Source: Octopus bimaculoides
Lineage: Eukaryota
DNA length: 64,000 nucleotides
NCBI RefSeq assembly: GCF_001194135.2
Contig: NC_069000.1
Location: forward strand, 9,149,604 to 9,213,603
Direction: 5' to 3'
Position 1 is the stretch's first letter. The number at the start of each line of letters is the position of its first letter. A program made the position numbers and the translations under genes. Below are positions 41,693 through 56,690 of the stretch, piece after piece. The notes under the pieces were generated by a model. That model was not told the DNA's origin and searched no databases. It was given only the letters and a program-made list of their open reading frames with translations.

Positions 41693-41873
41693 CTATAGGC
41701 AACATAAATAAGCATGCAATTAGTCATAGTAATGTGTTTATGAAGCTAATACCAGATGGTGACACCAAATTGTCAGAACATTTTGGAAGAAAATTAAAGA
41801 TTATCATATACATACACACATATACATGTCTATATAGACATATACACACACACAGACACACATATGTACATAC

Positions 41874-41953
<80 letters not shown>

Positions 41954-42606
41954 GTTATACACACACACATCTATATGAATACACATACATAAACACACAC
42001 TCTCTCTCTCTCTCTCACACACACAATATATATATATGCTTGCTGCTTCGCAACCACATAGTCTTAGAATAAGTCCCTTTTACAACATTTTAGGCAAGTG
42101 TTTTCCATAGCTTTGGCTAATTAATATCTTAGGAGTGAATTTGATAGATAGACACTGTGCAGTGGCCCATCATATATACATGTATATATGTGTGCATTTC
42201 TGTATACACACACACACACTGTGAATTCTCCCTATATATATACATATATACATATATACACATATATATACACATCATATAGACATATATATGCATATAC
42301 ATACAGATATACATGTATATAGACATATATATGTATACACCACTCACACACACATGCACAAACATATGAAATGCAGTACCAGTACTCAGCTGGTACTTTT
42401 ACAGCTGAGTAGACTGGAGTAATGTGAATTGAAATGCCTTGTTGAAGGACACGTCATGCCATCTGTGTAATGGATTGAATGCACTACCATATGATCATGA
42501 AACGAAAACTGAAACTACCAGGCCACATGCCTTCACACAAACATTTATATACATGCATGAATATATATATATTTATATACTTATATACATGTATAANNNN
42601 NNNNNN

Positions 42607-42642
<36 letters not shown>

Positions 42643-44004
42643 CAAGCATATATACAAAATATATTTTTCACACACACAAACACACACACACAAATACATG
42701 TACATAACCTCATTACTCACACACAAGCACACAGAGGTTTTGATTTTGTAGTACAAAAACATAACAACCACACAATAGAACTTTGTCTTGAGATGCTGTA
42801 ACATCTGATATGTGTTTATTTATGTATACAAAACATGAAAATACATCCTTGAACCATGGTTTTTTTTTTCTCAATCATACTTTTTGTTGACTGTGTTTGT
42901 GAACAGGTTGAAAAGAAAAGAAAGAGAACGACTGTTAGCAGTATAAATGCTGAAAGTGGTATAAGCGATATGCTTTCTGATAAGGGAAAGAAATGTTTTG
43001 CTAGACTGGTTTTTAAATGAAGGCTGTAAAATTGGTTATACTATATCACATTTTTCTTACAAGGGAGGCCACTAGATGATGATGGCAAGTAACTGACTTC
43101 TGTAAAACCAATGCTGCAAACCATTTCCTCTCCCTAAGCAGAAAATATTTCTCAAAAGGCCACAAATTCCATGTAAATGTGACATAATATTGGGCTACAA
43201 ATAGCTAGCTGCATGAAAAACAGGTCTTGTGCCTTAAGAAGCCACAATGCAAACACTGCAAACAAGAGCAGAATGAAGCAAGCCATGTAATTACTGAAAT
43301 ATCGGGCTCTGACCCTCATAGGGCAAATGAGTACTAACAGGTATTTTATAGCATGTTTTCAACAGTAAGACATCAACATAGTACATAAGGTTTATAGAGC
43401 TCTCCTTCAAAAGTTGCCTGGACAAACACAGCAGCACGTTTCAAAAATATTACAGCGCTTTTAAAGCATATTTGGAAATTGAGAGACAAAGGGGAAGCAA
43501 GCAACAATCAGTTTTAGATAAGGCACAAACATTTAGCAACATATCAAAGTGCTATGAGCTTATTTTACAGGTAAATTGTAGATCAGGCACCACTCTACCC
43601 CAATCTTGAAGGAAAAAACAAGACAAAAAACAAAACAACCTTAGTTTGATATATTGACACAGGTTCAAATTCTTCTGCTTGAATTTCAAAGATGTATGAT
43701 GAATAACAAGATGATAATTGACTTCAATAATTTCCTGTACTTGCAGCACTTAGACTGCCAACAGATATTCTCTGACTTTTCTTTCCAATCCACTGTGAGC
43801 ATCATAACCCAATAGTTGTAGTGTATTCTAAATCTTCTTTCAGATGGTGTTTGTGACATTTGTGCATATAGCAGTAGCAGCATCTCAGATATGTGAACAG
43901 TACTCTGATGTATCTAAGCTTTCTAGATGCTCAATAGGTGAAATAGTTTCTAGACCTGAAAAGGAAACCTTGTCTCTGGGGTGCAATTTTTTCAACCTTG
44001 TATC

Positions 44005-44082
<78 letters not shown>

Positions 44083-46617
44083 CTCAATACAAATTTTGAT
44101 GTCAATTATTTGTTGAAATTTTGAAGACGTTAGTTGTTGTTTTTATGTAAATCTTGGTTATCTTAATCAAGCAGATCTATGACAAATAAGTTGTCAGTAA
44201 AAGATTAGGTGAAATTCTCAGAAATACTTCTCTTTTTGGTGGAAGACCATACTGTGCATTCTAACATGCAGTGGTTTATTGTATGGTGTGTCGTTTGGCA
44301 GCCTGGGCATGCTACATCTTTCACTACACACCAGTCATTTGCTTGCTGTTGAAGCATACCATTGTTGCTTGAAATTATTACTGTGACATGGAATGTGTTG
44401 CTACCGTTGCCAAAGTTATTGATATTGCTAATTACTTTGCACAGTGTTCAACTGCTTCTTTTGTGATTTAAATTGAATAGAAATATTCAATAGTTTTCTG
44501 ATTTCTTTGATTTGTTTCTTGGTTTCAGCTTCTTGGTGTGGAGTATTAATTATTTCTGTTGTGTGTAGTATTGGTGTGCACTGAGGTTGGTTATTTTGGA
44601 TGTATAATTACAGTTCTATATTTTATGATGCATTTTTGCAATATGCTTTTTGAACTTTTACAATTATTTTGTTGAGTGCTGCACAGTGGGGTCTACATTG
44701 CTATGTATGGTGTTGTGGTACCAATGAGCCAGATGCATAAAGTTATGTATCTATCCAGATTGAGCCAGTGTATCTTGTCTTAGGGCATTGTGAATATCAT
44801 GTGTTATGTTTAGGTGCTTTTTATTCAGTCTTTACTCTTTATAATGCAGTGTTTAGCTTTCTTTGTGTCATGCAATTAAGAGGTACATCACCAATTTTAG
44901 TTGTTCTCTCTATTTTGTGAGGGAAATGATTGAGATGGGTGTCTTGGTTAATTTTGATGCTTAGTACTGTATGAGGTGAGATTGCTTTGAGGTCATGAAC
45001 TATTGTTGGAACATAATGGATGCATTCTTGATATGTTTTGTCATGTTGTATTTTGTTGTTTTTGGTTACATTTAAATCAGGCTTGTTTTGTTAAAACTTT
45101 TTCATGTTTTTTGTTAGTATTTATTAGACTCCTATCTTTCTAATTTACAATATGTTTTTAATACAGCCAACACCAATGATTTTTCTCAACAATGGTTGAT
45201 TTTTATGCTTGTTTGTTTTATTGTGCCAACTTTTCAATGTTCCTGTCATGACTATACTATTTTTTTTTTCTGACATAATGCATTCAGGGTTCGGTAAATC
45301 TTTTACTGTTTAAGATAACAGGGTGTGATTTGAGGGAAATTAAGCTGCTAATTCTAATAACAAGTCAAGTAGCTGCATAAAAGCTCCCTCAACATGAGTT
45401 GAGTATTGTAGGGTGTCAGTCAAGACTGTTTCCAGAAGTGTAGTGAGTGTTTCTTGTGACATCTTAAGAAGATGAAGCTAGTTGCTCTCAACGAAAGTTG
45501 TCTTTGAGGTCTTTGTTCATGTAAGCAGTGTATGTTTTGGAAAGAGGTGTCTACCTTATGTGTGGATGTTGCCCATCATGTAAAGTTAAGAAAGAGTTAA
45601 AGATGATATCCTTTGAGTTAGGAGTGTGTGTAGTTAGAAAATCAAGCAGTCATTAATGTGCAAATGTGTGTGGAAGACAGTTAAACCTTGGAATATACCA
45701 AAGTTGACAGAGTGTCAGTTAGTGTGAGCTCAGTCAATGCAGGCTATCAAGAAATTTCTATTCCAAGAATTAGAGATGGCTAAAATTTATGGGCAGGTCT
45801 CCACATCAGATATGGTTAAAGGCTTTGCTAATGGTAAGAGCAACAATATTGCTGTCACCAAAGTTTTCAGGAATGGAAGATCTTTGATATAGGAAGGAAT
45901 TCAAATCCCCAGATTCATTGATTGAGAAAAGAGAAGAACTCAAGACAAAGAAGGAAGTTAATGGTAACAACTATTTACATCCCCTTTGAGATGTTTGAAG
46001 TGAGGGTAACAGGTCATTAGTTGTGTTTTTGGCAATAGGACACACTGTTAAATTTCCTTAAATTCAGACAACTCCTTGTAAAGAGAAAAATATTGGAGAG
46101 TTTGGCAAGTACAGTACTGAGCACATTGTTTGATATAAATGACAGTGCTACATAGAATGAGGAAGTAGAGTTAGAAATGAGTTTGGTTGTGTATGTGCAG
46201 TGTAAAGTCAGAAACAAAATGGTTTCCAAATACAATAGTTTGATCAGGAGGAACATACAATCAGCAACGATATCAAAGCTTTTATATGGTTAAGCAACAA
46301 TATGCACGCAAATGGCATTAAAAAAGTTGGCAGCTATTATTGAGATCTTAGATTGTGTAAATATCTTATCAGTGTGAACTAGAAGTGAGCACGCAATATA
46401 TTTGGCATCAGCATTGTCCCAAAGAAAGCACAGTTAAATACTTTGTTAAATAAAACTTGTACTGGGAATAGAATAACTTACATACGCACAACCATGCAAC
46501 ATTCATAAAACCTGCGAGATCAAATGGTCAGCATGAACCCTGTCAGTCAACAATATCAGTTAACTGATTACCAATTGTTTAACCACCAGCTATGAAAGAG
46601 ATGTACAAATTACTTAC

Positions 46618-46678
46618 TGGTGGGTGATGCGTACATCTTTCCTTCTTCATGGAAACGTTTGTGTGCAACACTTATAAG
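46618..46678 (-). other. Candidate 61-nt exon (LISVAHKRFHEEGKMYASPT, ends phase 1)
   Basis: ttatttgttag acceptor and consensus CCA|GTAAGT donor; one open frame; no homology recognised. Confidence 0.3.
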
Positions 46679-48622
46679 CTAACAAATAATAACGCTTATA
46701 ACACTGAACCATATTTTCCCATTTAACTATAAGTTCGTGGATTGAACTGGCAAAAAATAAAGAGCAAGGTGGTCGACCATCTGTTACTCTTTCCTCTCTC
46801 TCCATAGACAAACTACAAAATAACTTGTAAATATTTTCTGTTATGTGGTATATTAGAGGCCTATTCTTCCCGTTTGTTTCATTCACCTAGATTATAAAGT
46901 CATAACACTGACTACCTGTTGAGTCATTGTGCATTCTAAATGATTAGATATATTGCTTAGATAAACTAAATTTCACTGTACAAGTGTTCATGTGTGTCTA
47001 CTATAAACGTTTACATATACACACTCTTTATGTACATGTACACCCTAAATATTTGTGATGTTTGCCAACTGTTTGCTAAAGAATGTAATGAAGGGAAATA
47101 TATTGAAATTCTAATAATACATGGTGCATGGTAGGCAAAAATTTAAATGGAATCCACTGAATGAATTTCTGATTATATTTTCTCCTTTTCTCTTTCCCTT
47201 TATTATCTCCTACTCATGTTATTCAGCTGATATTATGGATTCATTTTAAAAGGTAAAATATATTTAGATTGACAATAGTCAACATGACTCAATACTAACA
47301 AAACACGCTAACAAATAAACTACATGCAATTCTGTACCAGGAGAACATTTTAGAATAAACATTATTGGCTGTTCCCTCCATGTTGTTTTGCAGTCATTTT
47401 TCTTTCTTTCTTTCTTTCTTTCTTTTTTATTTTGTTAAATAACAAATACAATAAACAGGACAAAGGCTCATTGAATAATTGTTTTCCCTGAATGTCTCAC
47501 ATATACAATACAAGGAGAGATGCTAGCTAAAGGATAGATACATTCTTTGAGAATTTTATTCTCGGACTATTGTGCTGTTAGTTAATAATAATGGCATTGT
47601 TATTTCCTATCAACTGTGATTACTTCTACTGGAGAGAAAAATGTTAACTCAGAAAGAGAGTGACATTTGTGTGCAAGAGTTATTCAGAATATGCTTATTA
47701 CAAACCTTTTGAAAGTATATATTTGTAAGCTGTGGTGACATAGTTTACTGAACCAACTCTTGTCTGTTATTGCTTATACTTATTGAGATTAAATAGAAAC
47801 AAAGTTAATCCCAGCAGATTTTGAACTTGGAACAGGGAAGTGTTGGACTACATAAAGCGAAGTATTTCATCTAACATTCCACTTTTGGCTATGCCTGCAT
47901 GCTTATATGTAGGAGTGTGTACATGCATATACAAACATAGATTTATAGGCACAAGTATATGTAGAGAATGTTCATTAGTCGTAGCAATAAATATGTAAAT
48001 AAAGATACTTGAATCTTTCAATAGGTAAAAAAACAATGACTATGAAAGTATGCCTATATATTTAAGATAATCTTCTTGTTTATCAGTTTCCTTTCGGTCA
48101 TTACTTTTACAGTGTCAATACTACCTTTAACTAAACCATCATTTTTTTTTAATATACATTTCTGGAGTTCCCTTTGACCATGGATGTGACCAAGTTAATG
48201 TAGTCTGGTCTACAGTATTTTGGGGAATATATGTAACATTAGAACTAGTTTTCACTACTACCAAGCATTTTGTGCATATTTCATTATACAACAAATGAAC
48301 ACATGTAAAAACATGCAACACACAACATCCACCCACACACAACACATCCTCACATGCACATTACGTTGTAGAACATTTCTTCCATCATTTTGATTGTGAA
48401 TTACATGGTCTCAACACCTTCTGAGTGTATGTTTTTGTAGCAATGCCAAACAGTATTACTGCAATCACATTTTTGATCTCTTGTCTGGGAAAACATCCTG
48501 TCAAACCTTCTTAATGGTGTCATGTAGCTATCTTCCTTTTACCATTAGATAAAGATAATCTTTTCTTTGGTATTTGCTTACACCTTTCCTACATATACAA
48601 ATCTCTCTCTCTCTCTCTCTCT

Positions 48623-48658
<36 letters not shown>

Positions 48659-49057
48659 TTCGAACTGAGGATTTTGCTCCTACTCAAGTTCCAGGTTCCA
48701 TAATCTTTCAGTAACTTGAAAGATCATATAGCATGAAATGTAAGTAGTGGCCAAATCCTCAATTTAAATAAATTTATGAATAAACTCTATGCTATGTATT
48801 AAGTATTATCTTCTTCTGTTTAAAAACTGTAATCATCATCATNNNNNNNNNNNNNNNNNNNNNNNNNNNNNNNNNNNNNNNNNNNNNNNNNNNNNNNNNN
48901 NNNNNNNNNNNNNNNNNNNNNNNNNNNNNNNNNNNNNNNNNNNNNNNNNNNNNNNNNNNNNNNNNNNNNNNNNNNNNNNNNNNNNNNNNNNNNNNNNNNN
49001 NNNNNNNNNNNNNNNNNNNNNNNNNNNNNNNNNNNNNNNNNNNNNNNNNNNNNNNNN

Positions 49058-49290
49058 NNNNNNNNNCAGAGAGTGTAGTGGGTGCTTTTACGTGTCACCC
49101 TCACGAAAACGGCCACGCTCGAAATGGTGTCTTTTATGTGCCACCCGCACAAGCCAGTCCAGGGGCACTGGCAACGATCTCACTCGAAAATCCTACGGGA
49201 GCCAGTCAGGCGGTACTGGCAATGGCCACGCTCAAAATGGTGCATCTCATGTGCCACCCGCACAAGAACCAGTCCAGGGGCACTGGCATA
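49058..49290 (-). repeat. GC-rich internal tandem repeat (about 112-nt period) of the same retroposon family
   Basis: ggccacgctc[g/a]aaatggtg at about 49111 and 49223; shares gagagtgtagtgggtgctttt with the 51.4 kb copy. Confidence 0.7.
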
Positions 49291-50854
49291 TATCATGCAG
49301 TAATTCCTATTCCAGAATTAAACTGATAAGTCATGAATTAAAGTTAACAATAACCATGTTTACGTTCATGGTAATTAAAAATTAAGTTAAATAGTTTTCT
49401 CTTTCTCCCTACCTCGCTTCATCTACCTTTCATTGATGTAGACATTTTTAAGTTGAACTGGTGTATTTTCAATTTCTGATAAATAAATACTAGTAATTAT
49501 TGATGTTTTAACCGTTGAAAGTAGAGAGTAGGTAAACAGTTAAGAGATTATGTTTAGTTATTAGCACTCATGTGTTGTAGGCTGAGTAACTATAAAAGAA
49601 AGAAATACATTTTACTGCCATAGTATGCAATAAGAACCTTTGTGCTTGATGTGTAATTTGCTAGTTTGCTGTGTTGTACATAAATCTCGCCACTGGTCAA
49701 AACTTACAAGAGACAGAGATCTTATTCTTAATGCCATGAAAACTGGGCTCCACTCAAGTGCTCTCTGTGATGCCTGATTATGGCACAAGATTTAAAAACA
49801 AGAATACTATGCCATGGTCATAATGTCCTTTAACTCAACACAGTCCCTGTGTCTTGGTTACAAAATATTATTATTGTAATATGTCTTTACTTCAATGTAC
49901 TTCAAGCTAAAAGCATCAAGATGATATGGTCGAACAACAATAATATACCTTAATTGTATGGTACTAGTAATGTTATTTACTTTAAAAATAAAACACCTTG
50001 ACAACAATATCATCTTCAGTAATGCAAATTGACTGTAGTGCAATGTTCCTTAAAGTACCCTAACAAAAGGATATCATGACTGAAATGTGCCTTGATTATA
50101 TAGTTTCACTACAGTAATATATCTCAACTCCATGACACTTCAATTATAAGACGTCATAAATCTGTTTACTCCATGGATTATTTTTGAAGGAAATAAGATC
50201 TTATGTTGAAGAATTTATAAGCTTTGAATATTGTGACTACATTTTGCCTAAAACTTTGTCAGACAAATTTATATATTTTCTAAACTAATTAATCTGCTTC
50301 CTTTCATGCCACTGAGAATTGTAGTATCAGAATTTGGTTCCATTAATAGACAACATAGCAAAACTCAATTTTGAGATGCTGTAAAATTACCCAACTGAAT
50401 AATTATTTAATTCTCTGGTCTGAAATTAGTATCTACCAACCAACCAACCAACCAACTAACCTCAAGGAAGGAATTTATAGCAAAAAGCAAAAAATAAGTG
50501 AAAGTAAAACATAGGCAGGGAAAATATTTTAGATGGTTACAGAGCTGAAGAGAGAAAGGGTTAAGATAGTCTATAGTGAGGGGTTTAGGGAATGAAATAC
50601 AGTAAGAATGATAGGGAATTTAGATGGGTATGATATAAAGATTGCGAGTTCAGAGAGGTAGACACCATTAAAGTAGAGGTAGAAGGGAGATAGAAAGAGG
50701 AAGTAGCTGGTATGGGATAATGATTGTAGTATAGCGGTGAGTTAATCTTTGCCAATCAACAAGGCAGTCAGTTTTTGGAAGTGGTCTACAATACTTGGTA
50801 AGGGATTTAGTTTCCTTTTTTGATATATATACACACACACATGCAGGCATACAA

Positions 50855-50892
<38 letters not shown>

Positions 50893-51270
50893 ACATATAT
50901 ATACATAGATACATATATATAATCATTTAACATCCACTGTCCATTTTCCTGTACTTGCATGGGTCAAAAATTTGTTGAGGTAGATTTTGTAAGGCCAGAT
51001 ACCCTTCCTATAGCAAATTCTGACCTATTTCTAAGCAAGGTAATATTTTCCCATAGCTAGAGATGTTTTTCATGAAAGACTAAACAAAGCTTGCTTGTAT
51101 GACAATAGTGCTCATTTACAATCATTATGTGATGTTTAAACATAGGTACACACAAACACACATATGCATAAGTATATATGATGTGCTTATTTCAGTTTCC
51201 GTACCAAATCCACTCACAAGGCTTCAGTTGATTAGAGACATTAGTAGAAGACATATATATATATATATCC

Positions 51271-51465
51271 TCATCATCATCATCATTTAATGTCTGCTTT
51301 CCATGCTAGCATGGGTTGGACGATTTGACTGGGGACTGGTGAACCAGATGGCTACACCAGACTCCAATCTGATCTGGCAGAGTTTCTACAGCTGGATGCC
51401 CTTCCTAATGCCAACCACTCCGAGAGTGTAGTGGGTGCTTTTTACGTGCCACCGGCATGAGGGCC
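51271..51465 (-). mobile_element. Second well-preserved copy of the (GAT)n-tailed retroposon end
   Basis: Near-identical to 966-1110; continues into gagagtgtagtgggtgcttttt, shared with 49060-49100. Confidence 0.8.
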
Positions 51466-53627
51466 AAATACACATATTTACGAGTTAGTAATAGAAGGAT
51501 GCACACCACTTTTATGCCCATATCCTTTGAAGTCTCTCTCAGATTGATGAATCTCATGCCAAATTTGAAAATTATACACACTAAAATATGAAGACATACA
51601 TTTAAAATATTTTACAATTCACTTCAATGCGATTGTCTTGGAATTCAAGCACCATTGCATTCACTGAATGGGAAAGTGATGCAACAAAGGGTATTGAAAA
51701 GGGATTTTAACTGTACATGTAAATCACAGTAGTTTATTTGAATAACAAGCTGGAAATAATTAGGTACAAAGGTAAAAATCAATTGACTTAACCTTAGGAT
51801 ATTACTGGTACTTTTCATTTCCACCCCACTGCCATCTCAGAAAGATGAAACACTGGGAGAGTATGAAGAACTAAACTAGATACTGTACAACATTCCAAGT
51901 ATCTAATTTAGTTCTCCACTCTTTATACCAACTCCAACAACAACAACAACAATGATTCCTAATTAAGGTACAAGAGGGCAAGTTTATGACATTGTGCCTA
52001 AGAAGGGAGGGGGGTGGGTATAGGAAATTAAATTGACACTAGTATTTGACTAGTAATTATTTTACCTATGATAGAAAGATGAAAGACAATGCTGAGCCTG
52101 AGTAATGATGCAGGGAAAAAAGAAATGTAAAGCAACACCACAGGGTGTTTAAGCTTAGCATTTAGCAAAAGTGGCAACAACATCAACAGCAACAATGCAA
52201 CAGCAACACTCATAAGGTAATCTCTTAAAAGAAAATGAAGTTAAGATTTTTTAACAGCTTAAATATAGAAGTGGGATATCATGGACTCACACATAATAGA
52301 TTTTTTTTTTTTTCAAAAACATCTAACAATAAAAAAAATTGCAGAAAACAAACGAAACAAGGAACCAAGAACCAGAATAAGACAAGAACAAGAAAAATAA
52401 CAAAAAGATTAATATTGTGCTGTTAAGTGGTCTCCCTTTAAACAGGAGCGATACTATTGACAGAGTTGGATCAAATCAAATTACTTATACACAACCTTGT
52501 TCCTCAATAGTAATGATTGGTTTTGAATAAACACAGCTAATATTGAAAGAGAGAATGTATCTAGTTGGCTGCATTGATTTTACTGTATATATCTAACACA
52601 TTTAGAAAGTCTGCTTAAAGGATGTAAAGTAGAATTGGCCCTGGGAGGTTTAAACTCAGAACAGAGATGTATTGAATCAGATAGAAAGAAGTAATAATCC
52701 AACTCTGCAGAATTAGTTCTCTCCAAGCCAAAACCATTTTTTTCTTAATTCTAAGCCATTTACAGAATTATTATTTATATCTTTTTAACATAAAATTTCC
52801 AAGTTATTATTATGTGTGGATATATATATATATATATATATANNNNNNNNNNNNNNNNNNNNNNNNNNNNNNNNNNNNNNNNNNNNNNNNNNNNNNNNNN
52901 NNNNNNNNNNNNNNNNNNNNNNNNNNNNNNNNNNNNNNNNNNNNNNNNNNNNNNNNNNNNNNNNNNNNNNNNGTGTATAAGTATTCATAGGAAAAAATAT
53001 AAATAGTATCATTTATTTCAAAGTAATTTATCATCTGACCTGTGCCTCTCCTTGCTCAGCTGCACCCAGGTCAGATTCATGAGCGTGTTCCTGAGAATAT
53101 GAAAAAAAAGAAAGAAAAAAAAACATGCAGCAGGCAATTAGTAAGGAGTGTTAGGTAAAAGATTAATGATAAAACACTCAAAATATTTTTTTTAAATATC
53201 AACCTTTCCCACACAAAATAGAAAAATAGATAAACAAACAAAATAGAGAAAAGGAGAAACTTTAAGGTAATTCTGAAAGAGATAATGAAAATTGGAAATT
53301 AACTATTTCTACCTGAAATTCTAACAATTTGTTTCTTTATTTAGAATCTGTGTACCTCCGAGAATTACTGTGTAAGACTACAGGCTGAAGGCCACCGGTT
53401 CAAATCCTGGCTCTGTGTCAATCAGTATCAAAATAATTAGTTTGGTTTATCCAGACACAGACCAGGAAGCACTGTGCAAGTAATGACTTTTTCAGAAGAT
53501 TGCATTGCTGAGTTCAAGTCTTCCTTTGAGCCAAGTGTAGGTAAAAAGGAAATTACAGATTCTTCAAATTCACAGGATCATTTGTGATTTACTTTCTTTG
53601 TGGTACAGATAGTAATATAAACAAGAA

Positions 53628-53681
<54 letters not shown>

Positions 53682-54677
53682 GGGGGATTCTCTGTCAGTG
53701 TTGACACTGAACATTCCTTTGATCAACTCATGAAATTAACCCATTATCTGCCAAATTTTTTTTATTCATACTTTTTGGCTGTGCCAGGTGGCTTAGGAGT
53801 TAAAATGATATATAGCATTTAAATTTTCTTCATATGTGAATTATTTTGGAAATTATGATAAATTCTTTGAAAAGTCCTGCATGGGGATTGCTGAAAAAAA
53901 GCATATTTATCCTTTTCTATTCGATTACAGTAATAAACATTTTAGTTATTTTGAAACTATAGTATCAAATGCAAATGTGTATGAAATATCAATGAACGAT
54001 GTAGATGGGAAATGCAGAAAAAAAATAGTTTCCAAAGCAGTCAATATTTTTGTAATTCAAAAATTGCGATTTATGACATAAAATGTCCTCTAGAATTAGC
54101 CAGAGCCAATAACGACAAACTTTTAACTACTGAATATTGTTAAAAACACCTCTGCAAATGCAACGATGTGCATAAGCAATTCACTTTAAATACAACGAAC
54201 NNNNNNNNNNNNNNNNNNNNNNNNNNNNNNNNNNNNNNNNNNNNNNNNNNNNNNNNNNNNNNNNNNNNNNNNNNNNNNNNNNNNNNNNNNNNNNNNNNNN
54301 NNNNNNNNNNNNNNNNNNNNNNNNNNNNNNNNNNNNNNNNNNNNNNNNNNNNNNNNNNNNNNNNNNNNNNNNNNNNNNNNNNNNNNNNNNNNNNNNNNNN
54401 NNNNNNNNNNNNNNNNNNNNNNNNNNNNNNNNNNNNNNNCTTTAAAGAGAGAGAAAGAGAGAGAGGGGGGGGAGAGAAATGGAGGGGAGAAAGGGAGGAG
54501 CTGACACCCCCTCCCCCAGTAATAGACTGGTAAAAAGCACAGCTGATGTTGGTGGTATTTGAACTCAGCATGCACAGTGCTGATCTGTAAACTGATTAGT
54601 TCTATCAGACACTAACAATCTTGCCAATCTGCTGGCTGTAAGCAAGCATACACATATTTTGCCATATTCATCTTTAC

Positions 54678-54722
<45 letters not shown>

Positions 54723-55499
54723 AGTTGGAGGTAAAGAAAAAAGTGTAAGAAAAGACCCAACTTTGTAAAGATAGTTTTAGACAGTACTAATGGAATATAT
54801 TAATTTGAAGTAAGACTGTGTTCCCCCCACCTCCTTTCATTTTAAAATTTAAGTGTCAAACAATACAAATAATGCACCAATAACAATACATATAAATATA
54901 GTTAGATTTAAGTATCTGGCTGTCAACATTAACAGCTTCACTTATGTGAGCATATCAAAAAAAAAAATGTAAAAAATTTTATCCTAAGAATATATGTTCT
55001 ATATGTTACCAAACATCATTTTCTTGATGGAGAACCAATTTTACATAACACAAAATAGTTATATTTTTACTTGTCATATTCTGTAAAACAATCTATGTAT
55101 TAATACATATGTGTGTATGAGAGTATGCATGTGTATGTGAGAATGTGCACAGGGGTATGTATACACACATACAGTAGGCTTCCTGTAATTTCCATCAACC
55201 AAATTTCATTACATGGCATTGGATGTATCAGGGCTACAATAGAAGACACTTAACCAAGATGCCTCTCAGCAAGACTGAACTTGAATCCACATGGTTGCAA
55301 AGTGGACATCTAAACCATACAGCAATATACATGTATGTATATATATATATCTATGTATATTAAATACACACACACACATTATGCAGTTTGTTTTACATTA
55401 GTTTTCCATGCTAGCATGGGTTAGACAAGGATTTATTTTGATGTAGCATTTTACAACTGGATGACTTTATTTTTAACTTTTTACTATTTTTCAGCAGGT

Positions 55500-55770
55500 T
55501 GTTTCTTGAGAATATTAAGAACAAAAGAAGTCATGCTGATTCCATGGAATACACTTGTTTTCTGTTGTCCAGTATTAGTGCTTCCGGTGTGAAGCTCACC
55601 ACTGAAGTGGAAGCAATCCAAAAGTTGTATAGAAAGACATGCATCAGCTTAGCATGTATCAGCTTAAGCAACTGGCAAAAGTTGAAAGTTCTAAGACTCT
55701 GTTCCATAGTGTGCAGTAATTTATATCATGAAAATCTTGATAAGACTAGTATCAAACTTTGGCATTGAAA
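55500..55770 (+). mobile_element. Decayed CR1/L2-like LINE, post-RT region
   Basis: ORF segment EVEAIQKLYRK...SLSNWQKLKVLRLCS resembles the CR1-group LExxQRxxTK...LSYxERLKxLxLYS motif. Confidence 0.5.
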
Positions 55771-56547
55771 GCAGTGTGAATCTATGACTTGGCTGCTGCT
55801 ACAGTGTGTCTTCTCTTTGCTAACTTAACATTTGATACTGCAATAGCTTGGAGTTGAAACAACCATAGTTTCTCCTCAGTATTTAAGTTATTTGATCAAC
55901 TGAACTATAAACTCATTATATATATTATATATATTATAGTGTTTTTGTTAAACATTTTATTTAGGTACCTATGTAATTGTGAGCAGATATAGACACCTTC
56001 TTAGGGTCCCTCACCTTTGAGCCAGTGGATTATCTAGGATGTGATAGCTAAAGAGAGAGAGAGGGCTAAAATAAGCAGCCTTAAATGGAATGCTTTTTTC
56101 AAGGACACAGTGCACTGCCTGGTTCAAGAATTTATTATTTATTTATTCATAAAATTTGTCAAATCTTTATATTAAAAGTATGTCTGTTACATATATGATG
56201 GAACTTGCACTATAGTGTAAGTAGTGGATGAACATTCCACTGATGCCTGTTTGTTTAATGTAAAATAAGTAGGTAGAGTCAGTGTGACAGTGTATCTAGA
56301 CTAGCCCTTTAAATTACAAGCATAGAACATCCAACAGGCTTCCTTATACTTCCTGTCTATGCAATTTTAAGTCTCACAAGGCTTGAGTCCTCCTCAGGCT
56401 TTGGTAGAGAATATTTGTCCAAAGTGCTACATACATTCAGATCAAACACGACGGTTGCATGATTGCTAAGTAAACTTCTAAATCACACAGCCATGCCTGT
56501 GTCTGCATGCATCCACACATACAAACACACAGATATACATATACATG

Positions 56548-56690
56548 AATGGCAGAATTGATAAAATGTTGGACAAGTGCCATGTGGTATTTTGTATGTC
56601 TTTTTAAATTCTAAATCCAAATCTCACTGAGGTTCAATTTGCCTTTCGTCTTTTCAGAGTTGATAAAATAAGCACTGGGATCAATATAAG
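56548..56690 (+). mobile_element. SINE family 1 copy
   Basis: ggcagaattgataaaatg...ctgaggttcaatttgcctttcgtc...gataaaataagcac. Confidence 0.6.

Noticed and set aside
42906-43020. Plus-strand exon-like stretch VEKKRKRTTVSSINAESGISDMLSDKGKK after a pyrimidine tract
   Set aside because: No partner exons or recognisable homology; antisense inside the IQ gene intron; likely chance.
53375-53420. tRNA-like B box ggttcaaatcc
   Set aside because: No cloverleaf; these motifs belong to decayed tRNA-derived SINE heads.
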